Shown here piece after piece: positions 57,873-64,000 of a DNA stretch of 64,000 nt. The translations under genes and the position numbers were made by a program. Below the pieces are notes generated by a model, which saw nothing but the letters and a program-made list of their open reading frames with translations, searched no databases and was not told where the DNA came from. The first letter of the stretch is position 1, and every line of letters starts with the position of its first letter. The DNA is from a candidate division WOR-3 bacterium (GTDB taxonomy: Bacteria; Hydrothermota; Hydrothermia; JBDRYB01): NCBI GenBank assembly GCA_039803205.1, contig JBDRYB010000003.1, positions 80,885 to 144,884 on the forward strand. Direction: 5' to 3'.

Positions 57873-59162
57873 GTGCCATATGTCCCAAAAGGGCTCCTTG
57901 AGAAGGTAAAACTAGCAGTATTAAGGCTAAGGGCGGATCCGGTCTTCTTCGCGGAGAGCGTCTCCGGGTTTAGGTTCAACCAGTCCCAGAGAAGGGTGTT
58001 CCTTCTTTCAGGAAGGGTGAGGGTTAGGCTCGCCGGGAGGCGATTTGGAAAGACCCTCCTCTCAGCGCTTGATCTCCTTCACTATGCCATAACCCGTCCT
58101 GGCAGTAAGTCCCTGATCGTAGGTCCATCCCTGGATCAGGCGAGGATATACTTTGATTATTTCAGGGATTGGACAGCCTCCTGTCCTCTCTTGGAGTATC
58201 TGATTTTGGAGGATAAGCATTCGCCCTTCCACGAGATAAGCCTCAGGAACGGATCCGTGATAACATCCAGGTCAACATCCAGAGGTGGAAGGTTCATAAG
58301 GGGGCGCGGATATGACAGGATAACGGTTACAGAGGCTGGTTTTGTCCCTGACGAGGTCTATTACGCGGCTCTGAGGCCAGCCCTACTCCAGAACCCGAGG
58401 GCCAAACTGGATTTTGAGGGAACCCCTTGGTCAAAGACATCCTTTCTATACGAGCTTTTCACGAAGGGGCTCGCTGACGGGGAGTATTACTCTGCCATAA
58501 GGGCTACCAGCTACGAAGCCCCCCACATATCCAAGGATGAGCTGGAAAGGATAAAGGCCGAGGTGCCAGAATACTACTTCTCATGTGAGTTTCTCGCTGA
58601 GTTCCCTGAGGATGACGAGGCAGTATTTCCTCAGGCCATCGTCCTCAGAGCGGTTCAGGACTACCTCCCGGCCGCCAGGCCATTCCCAGGCCACATCTAC
58701 AGCATGGGGGTTGACCTGGCGAAGCTCCACGACTACACGGTCATAATAATCCTAGATGTCTCCGAGAAACCTTGGAGGATAACCGAGTTCCACAGGTTCA
58801 GGGGAAGGGCATACGCGGAGGCATCTGAGCTAATAAACGCGCTCAGGGCCAGATACAGGGCCAGGGTGGTGATTGATGCGACTGGAGTGGGGGAAGCGGT
58901 TGCCGAAAGGGTTCCTGGCTCATACCGGGTCGTGATAACCGCGCAGAGGAGAGAGGAGATGATCGCGCGATTGAGGCTCGCTCTTGAGACCGGTTCCCTG
59001 ATCCTTCCGGGATCAAACATGATCTTGCTTGAGGAGCTTAAGCATTTCAGAGAAAAGGGCCAGAGAGGATTCCACGACGATTGCGTTTTTGCCCTCGCGC
59101 TCGCTGTGTGGGGAGCGGGGAAAGGGACCGGATGGGCAAGCTGGCGGACCGGGAACATTTGA
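57873..59162 (+). CDS. Phage terminase large subunit
   Basis: Walker A GRRFGKT, Walker B region RG.GYDRITVTEA, GTP coupling motif, nuclease motifs GVDLAK.HDYT, IDATGVG and HDD.V.ALALA. Confidence 0.92.
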   Translation: MPYVPKGLLEKVKLAVLRLRADPVFFAESVSGFRFNQSQRRVFLLSGRVRVRLAGRRFGKTLLSALDLLHYAITRPGSKSLIVGPSLDQARIYFDYFRDWTASCPLLEYLILEDKHSPFHEISLRNGSVITSRSTSRGGRFIRGRGYDRITVTEAGFVPDEVYYAALRPALLQNPRAKLDFEGTPWSKTSFLYELFTKGLADGEYYSAIRATSYEAPHISKDELERIKAEVPEYYFSCEFLAEFPEDDEAVFPQAIVLRAVQDYLPAARPFPGHIYSMGVDLAKLHDYTVIIILDVSEKPWRITEFHRFRGRAYAEASELINALRARYRARVVIDATGVGEAVAERVPGSYRVVITAQRREEMIARLRLALETGSLILPGSNMILLEELKHFREKGQRGFHDDCVFALALAVWGAGKGTGWASWRTGNI

Positions 59163-59226
59163 GGGTCCAGAGGTGTCTAATCAAACGAAAGGTGAGAGAA
59201 AAACCCCACCTTGAGGAGAGAGAAAC

Positions 59227-59652
59227 ATGACCGGAATAATCCTTGCCACCGCCCTCACAATGGGAGGCCCGGGTTTTGGGCTTCTGATGAACCCCTGGGT
59301 TCAGGAGGAGATAGGCCTAACCCCGGAACAGGCCGAGAAGCTGACGAGCATCCTTGCCGATCACATAACCTCAACCGCTGGTATCAGGGCTGAGATCGCG
59401 GCAAAGCGCCTTGAGCTCAGCGCTGAGCTCGGAAAGGACAAGCCGGACATGAAGAAGGTGGAAAAGCTCATCGGCGAGATAGGGGATCTGCACGCTAAAC
59501 TGATGATGGAGAGGATAAGGGCCGAGATAGCGATAAGGAACATCCTTTCTGACGAGCAAAAAGCAAAACTCCGGGAGCTTAAACTAGGCCATCCTGGCAA
59601 GGGAAAAGGCAGGGGCAAGGGAAAACGCGGCCCGCGCCCCATGTGGTTCTAG
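59227..59652 (+). CDS. Spy/CpxP-like periplasmic protein
   Basis: LTPEQ and ILSDEQKAKL (LTXXQ) motifs. Confidence 0.8.
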   Translation: MTGIILATALTMGGPGFGLLMNPWVQEEIGLTPEQAEKLTSILADHITSTAGIRAEIAAKRLELSAELGKDKPDMKKVEKLIGEIGDLHAKLMMERIRAEIAIRNILSDEQKAKLRELKLGHPGKGKGRGKGKRGPRPMWF

Positions 59653-59676
59653 AAATACCCCCACCAACCTCCTTCT

Positions 59677-59709
59677 CTGAGGGGCCCAACCACGGGCCCT
59701 TCAGTTTTT
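59677..59709 (+). terminator. Rho-independent terminator
   Basis: CTGAGGGGCCC-aaccac-GGGCCCTTCAG followed by TTTTT. Confidence 0.7.
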
Positions 59710-59736
59710 GTAAATGAGAGATGCCTAACCGGGCCC

Positions 59737-61158
59737 TCACAACCTCACCCCTATTACCTTCTCCCTGAGCATGATCACGAGGCCCAGCTTGGCCCCTTTC
59801 GGCCTGGCTACATACCTTCTCTCCGTATATGAGACGAGGCCTTTTGCTCCCCCGGCCTTTGAGTGCTCAAGCGCGAGCCGGGCCGCGAAGAGGATGTCCT
59901 CCTCTGGCACATCCCTGCCCCCTGTTCTGAGAATCACATGCGCGCCAGGGGAATCCTTCACATGGAAAAAGAGATCGTTTGGCTTTGCTATCTCAAATGT
60001 TATCTTGTAGTTGCTCTTTGCGGACTTCCCCACGAGGACGACGAAACCCGATGGGCTTTTGAACTCGAGCCACGGCGGGCCAGAGGGCTCAGGCTCGGAT
60101 TCCTCTGAGAAGGAAGGCTTTTGCACCCCCTCGGCCAACATTTTCTTCAGCTTGGCGACCCCGCGTTTCGCTCGCTTGTATTTCTCAAAGTATTTTTCAG
60201 CGTTCTGGCCCGGGCTCAGCTTCGGGTCAAGAGGGATTGCCATCCCCTCAATAACTATCTCCTTTGAACCCGGCGGTATCCTGTGCATGTTCGCGATTAT
60301 TGCCTGGCCCATCTTGTAAAACCTCTCGGCTCGCCCGGTCTCCTCTGCGAGCCTTTTCTCAAGTGAGGCCTTTCTCTTATCCTCCTCATCGGTTTGGATT
60401 TCGGAACCCGGTTCGCGCCTGAGCCTGAAGAAGGCATCCATGGCCTCCGAGTAATACGAGAATTCAACCGCATCCGCTTGGCTCATGTGCTCTATTGGCG
60501 CCGGGAAAAGTGCCTCGCCTTCCCTCATGTAGAGCCTCGGAGAGGGGGACGATGTTGACTCGCTGATGTAGGACCAGAGGGCCTTCTCTGGCTGGTGCCC
60601 TCTCATCTTCAACTCTTCTGCGAGGTGGGGCGCATATCTTTCCAGGTAATCAATGAGCTCCTGGCCCGTGAGGCTGAAGGGGTTTCTTTGCTTTGGCGGA
60701 GGAGGAACATACGGCTTGCCAGGAACTATAACCCTGGCCCTTGATTCCCCCGGCCTAATCCTCCTCATCGCCTCAATTACCACCCCATCAGCGTTAACCA
60801 GGATTATGTTCCCGTATCTTCCAGTGAGCTCAGCGACCAGGGTCAATCCTTCAATTCGCCCCAAGGGGTCTTTCCTCTCAAAAATGAGGTCAATTATCCT
60901 CTCGCCTTGTCTGGCCTCTGCTCTGAGAAACCTCGCGCCGCGGAGGAACCTTCGCCAGCTGTGGCGTGGGAGACAGGTTTCCACCCATGTCCCGTGAAGC
61001 CTCGCGTCCGGGGGCCTGGCTTTTATGTAAATACCTTTGCCCTTAAAGGAAACGAGGAGCTCGTCTTCCTGGCCCAGGACATCGGAAACGAAAAGCCCTT
61101 TCATGGCCCTGGTTATTTCACTCGCTACCACTATGGCGTCTATTTCCGAGAAGATCAT
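59737..61158 (-). CDS. rqcH: RqcH/FbpA (NFACT) ribosome quality-control protein
   Basis: ERII, AELTGRYGNIIL, LDPKLS..NAEKYF.KYK, VGKSA..N and FHVKDSPGAHVI motifs. Confidence 0.9.
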   Translation of the reverse strand: MIFSEIDAIVVASEITRAMKGLFVSDVLGQEDELLVSFKGKGIYIKARPPDARLHGTWVETCLPRHSWRRFLRGARFLRAEARQGERIIDLIFERKDPLGRIEGLTLVAELTGRYGNIILVNADGVVIEAMRRIRPGESRARVIVPGKPYVPPPPKQRNPFSLTGQELIDYLERYAPHLAEELKMRGHQPEKALWSYISESTSSPSPRLYMREGEALFPAPIEHMSQADAVEFSYYSEAMDAFFRLRREPGSEIQTDEEDKRKASLEKRLAEETGRAERFYKMGQAIIANMHRIPPGSKEIVIEGMAIPLDPKLSPGQNAEKYFEKYKRAKRGVAKLKKMLAEGVQKPSFSEESEPEPSGPPWLEFKSPSGFVVLVGKSAKSNYKITFEIAKPNDLFFHVKDSPGAHVILRTGGRDVPEEDILFAARLALEHSKAGGAKGLVSYTERRYVARPKGAKLGLVIMLREKVIGVRL

Positions 61159-61159
61159 C

Positions 61160-61520
61160 TCAGTGGGTTTTGACCCTGAAACCCAGGAAATCAAGAAGAC
61201 CACTGAGCTCCGGGTAATGGCCGAAAACGACGATGAACATGTTCCCTGTCCGCGAGATCCTCAAGAACATCAAGCGCGAGCCAGGGCTCCTCGCCCGCAA
61301 ATAGGAGGACATCGCCCTTTTTTCTCATCTGCTTTACAATATTGCCAGCCCCAAGTCCTCCGGGATAAACGAGAAAAGCCTCGCCGTCCGCCTTTCTGGA
61401 AGCGGGCAAAAGCACCTCAGCTACATCCCAAAGCTTTGGAAGCAATTCTAACACCGATGGCTCAACACCTTTCTCATAATGAAGAAATATCGGCCTGAGC
61501 CGCACCCTCATGAGCTTCAT
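61160..61520 (-). CDS. Hypothetical protein, probably frameshifted near 61243 (NYN/PIN-like pattern)
   Basis: ORF 61191-61520. An alternative frame gives the natural-looking C-terminus NMFIVVFGHYPELSGLLDFLGFRVKTH, stopping 1 nt before the rqcH ATG. Confidence 0.5.
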
Positions 61521-61531
61521 GCCAAAGCCCC

Positions 61532-62593
61532 CTAGAAGGTCTTGAAGTGATACTTTACCGAGACGGAGCCGAAGAGGCCTGTTTCCTTGCCGCCGATGAA
61601 ATACGGCCCCTCAAACAGGAGTTCCTTGTTTATGTAGCCGTCTATGAGGAGTTCCTCTATTCTTATCCCGAGGCCGAAGTTGTAGTAGAAAGGCACGATT
61701 GATTTCTTCTTGTTCGGGCTTTCCTCCCTGCCCCAGATATACTTGTTCGCGCCCATCCTGAAGAGGAGAAACCTCGTTATGCTCGCCTCAAGCCCAGCGG
61801 AGCCGGAGATCCCCTCAAATGTGGTGGATATGGCTGATTCGTCGTATCCCCAGTAGTTGAGCCCGGTTATTATCGTGTATCCGGAAACGGGGGTCGTATT
61901 GAAACCGAGACTCGCGCCGAATTCCCGGTATTTGTTGTTTGAGGAGAGGTCATCCGAGAGGTCATCGTCGTAATAATAAACCGATACGACCATCGCTGTC
62001 TGATCCGATATGGGCCAAAGGCTCCTAACGTGGCCCTCTATTGCGCTCCCGGCGTCCAAGACAGAGCCCGCAGAATCGTTCCTGGCTGTGAAGGAGTAAT
62101 ATGCCAGGGAAACCTCTGTTGGCATGCCCTCTATGAGCCAACCCACTCCTCCCCTTCCGTAGAACAAGTCGCTCCTTTTGAGCGGCTTCCCCGTCTCCGA
62201 TGCGTATGAGCCCATGTATCCTAGGTGAAAGCCCAAAAGGAGGTTGCCTATGTCCTTGAAATACCCTGCCTCCACGCCGGGGTTAGGGTAATACCTATAG
62301 GGGATGCGCCAGCTGAGTGGGCCGCCTGGGGATTTGTTCGGGGCGAGGAAGAACGCGCCAAACCTTCCCTCGTCCCCTATCTGTAGGTTGAGCCTGAAAA
62401 GCCCCTTTGTGAAATCCCCTGTTCCAAGCTCCCCAACAACGATGTTCGGGAAGAAATACGCCTGGGTTGGATATATCTCTGTGTTGCCGTCATCAGTGAG
62501 GTAATCGCCGAACCCGCCGAGGGTGATGACCCTGGTGTATGTGGCCCAGAGCCCGGATGCGAGCGCTCCCAGAGCAATGAGTTTTCTCATCAT
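61532..62593 (-). CDS. Outer-membrane beta-barrel protein
   Basis: Signal peptide MMRKLIALGALASGLWA, GGAGGAG RBS, beta-strand pattern, terminal Phe. Confidence 0.75.
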   Translation of the reverse strand: MMRKLIALGALASGLWATYTRVITLGGFGDYLTDDGNTEIYPTQAYFFPNIVVGELGTGDFTKGLFRLNLQIGDEGRFGAFFLAPNKSPGGPLSWRIPYRYYPNPGVEAGYFKDIGNLLLGFHLGYMGSYASETGKPLKRSDLFYGRGGVGWLIEGMPTEVSLAYYSFTARNDSAGSVLDAGSAIEGHVRSLWPISDQTAMVVSVYYYDDDLSDDLSSNNKYREFGASLGFNTTPVSGYTIITGLNYWGYDESAISTTFEGISGSAGLEASITRFLLFRMGANKYIWGREESPNKKKSIVPFYYNFGLGIRIEELLIDGYINKELLFEGPYFIGGKETGLFGSVSVKYHFKTF

Positions 62594-62717
62594 CTTTGCT
62601 CCTCCGTCAAGCCTTAAGGATAAAGGAAACCGGTGCGGCGGGACAAACATCGCGGTCTCAGGCATCAGCTTGCCCTCGCGCCATCCTGAGCTTTAACATT
62701 TGACTGGAGGTGAGAGT

Positions 62718-63998
62718 ATGGTTTGGGTTCTCATATCCACATGGCAGATATGGAGCTTTGGCAAGGGGTGGATAACCCCTGAGGCCCTCGCTGTTGACAG
62801 CCAGGGGACAGTTCACTTGGTTTATCAGTCAGGGGATAATCATCTCGTCCACGCTTGGTTTGAGGGAAACAGCTGGCCATCTGAGACCATAGGCACATGC
62901 ACATCGCCGCCGGTTCTCAGGGTAGGAGTAGTGGATAAGGGCCTACATGTGATAGCTGGCTCAGGTCTGACCTATTACTATAAGTCGTTATCGGGCTCCG
63001 GCTGGTTCAAGAAAGGCCTTGGATACAACACCGGGGATTACGATCTGTGGTTTTCTAACAATGGCAAGCCGGTTGTACTTTTTTCCCGTGACCATACTAT
63101 ATACCAGGGCATAGGGGATACCCTGGGGAACTTCACAATTTTCACTGTGGACACTCCTGGTCCAGGCCGTACTCGTTTGTATAGCTATGATGGGCCTGTG
63201 GCGTTCGGTAAAACCACCCACGGCGCACTCCTTTACTTCTCTTGTTTTTATTTTTCCAAAGCCCTCACCCCCACATGCTTTTGTTTTTATGGGGTTAATG
63301 GTGGCTACCCTGACACTCCCTGTTTTGCAATTTACAGCTGTTCAGACTGTGGAGCTGAGTGCTGTGATTGGGAAATAATTCCCGAAATAGCCTCTGATTA
63401 CGAATTTTTGGTGTATTACGCTTACTACGAAGACAAGATAAAGACCTATCCCATGAACAGCTCCAGAACCGGTTATAGGGGCCCTGACATCTCTAAGCGC
63501 GGGAATGATTATGCCATTAGCGCTGTCAAATCGGCGGATGGCCTCGTCTATTTCTTCAGGGAGCTTTACGCCCCAACTGGGGAACCTGTCTGTTCCACAA
63601 GGGCCAGGGGACCGACCTCCATAGTGGCCAAGGATACGAGCCAGGTCTTCATCGCTTTCGTCGGGGTGGATTCCATCCTCCGGGTTGCTTACGGTTCTCT
63701 CTTTGGAGACACAGCAGAACCCCCTCCCCCCGATTCCCTTCCCCCACCCATCTTCGGCTCCATCATTCTCAGAGCCCCATCCCAATCCGGAGGATACATA
63801 AGGTTCACGGCTGGCGCGAGCGGACTCATGGATTGCTCCCTATACAGGGCTGACGGGACGAGGGCCTACGCGATCGCGAGGGAGGTCAAGGAGGGAGAGG
63901 AGATAAGGATCCCAGTCAGAAAGCTCGGGCCAGGGGTATACTACCTCTGGATAAGGATAGCCGGATACGAAAAGCGTTTCAGGGTGGTGATCTTGTAG
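62718..63998 (+). CDS. Secreted beta-propeller-like protein with Cys-rich insert and T9SS-like C-terminal domain
   Basis: GGAGG RBS, repeats like LAVDSQGTVHLVY, C-terminus LYRADG..GPGVYYL..RFRVVIL. Confidence 0.7.
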   Translation: MVWVLISTWQIWSFGKGWITPEALAVDSQGTVHLVYQSGDNHLVHAWFEGNSWPSETIGTCTSPPVLRVGVVDKGLHVIAGSGLTYYYKSLSGSGWFKKGLGYNTGDYDLWFSNNGKPVVLFSRDHTIYQGIGDTLGNFTIFTVDTPGPGRTRLYSYDGPVAFGKTTHGALLYFSCFYFSKALTPTCFCFYGVNGGYPDTPCFAIYSCSDCGAECCDWEIIPEIASDYEFLVYYAYYEDKIKTYPMNSSRTGYRGPDISKRGNDYAISAVKSADGLVYFFRELYAPTGEPVCSTRARGPTSIVAKDTSQVFIAFVGVDSILRVAYGSLFGDTAEPPPPDSLPPPIFGSIILRAPSQSGGYIRFTAGASGLMDCSLYRADGTRAYAIAREVKEGEEIRIPVRKLGPGVYYLWIRIAGYEKRFRVVIL

Positions 63999-64000
63999 GG

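Overview
Gene-dense bacterial chromosomal window from a diderm, probably anaerobic organism. T9SS-like C-terminal sorting domains, NfnAB, a V-type ATPase F subunit and heavy AGG/ATA codon use suggest a WOR-3/FCB-type lineage (inference). Most of it is housekeeping, envelope and signalling genes: fba, aroC, pdp, hutH, ugd, nfnAB, cobB, tatD, ligA, rqcH, tRNA-Gln, three GT-C glycosyltransferases, and a nine-gene MglB/MglA-HK-RR-FHA-PP2C-kinase operon. The main discovery is a set of largely intact phage-derived genes split over three separate loci among host genes, with no integrase or replication genes visible. Locus 1 (5856-7364) is a CI/LexA-like repressor divergent from a sigma-region-2-only protein and a putative small terminase. 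Locus 2 (12566-16468) is an HK97 protease-capsid-neck-tail tube operon. Locus 3 (57873-59162) is a lone large terminase. All three transcription units carry the same CACTATT motif at a -10-like position. This suggests a domesticated, co-regulated, GTA-like particle system driven by a dedicated minimal sigma factor. Also present are frequent apparently leaderless genes, very short uncharged signal peptides and decayed IS remnants. All calls rest on motif recognition by eye; no database searches were run.
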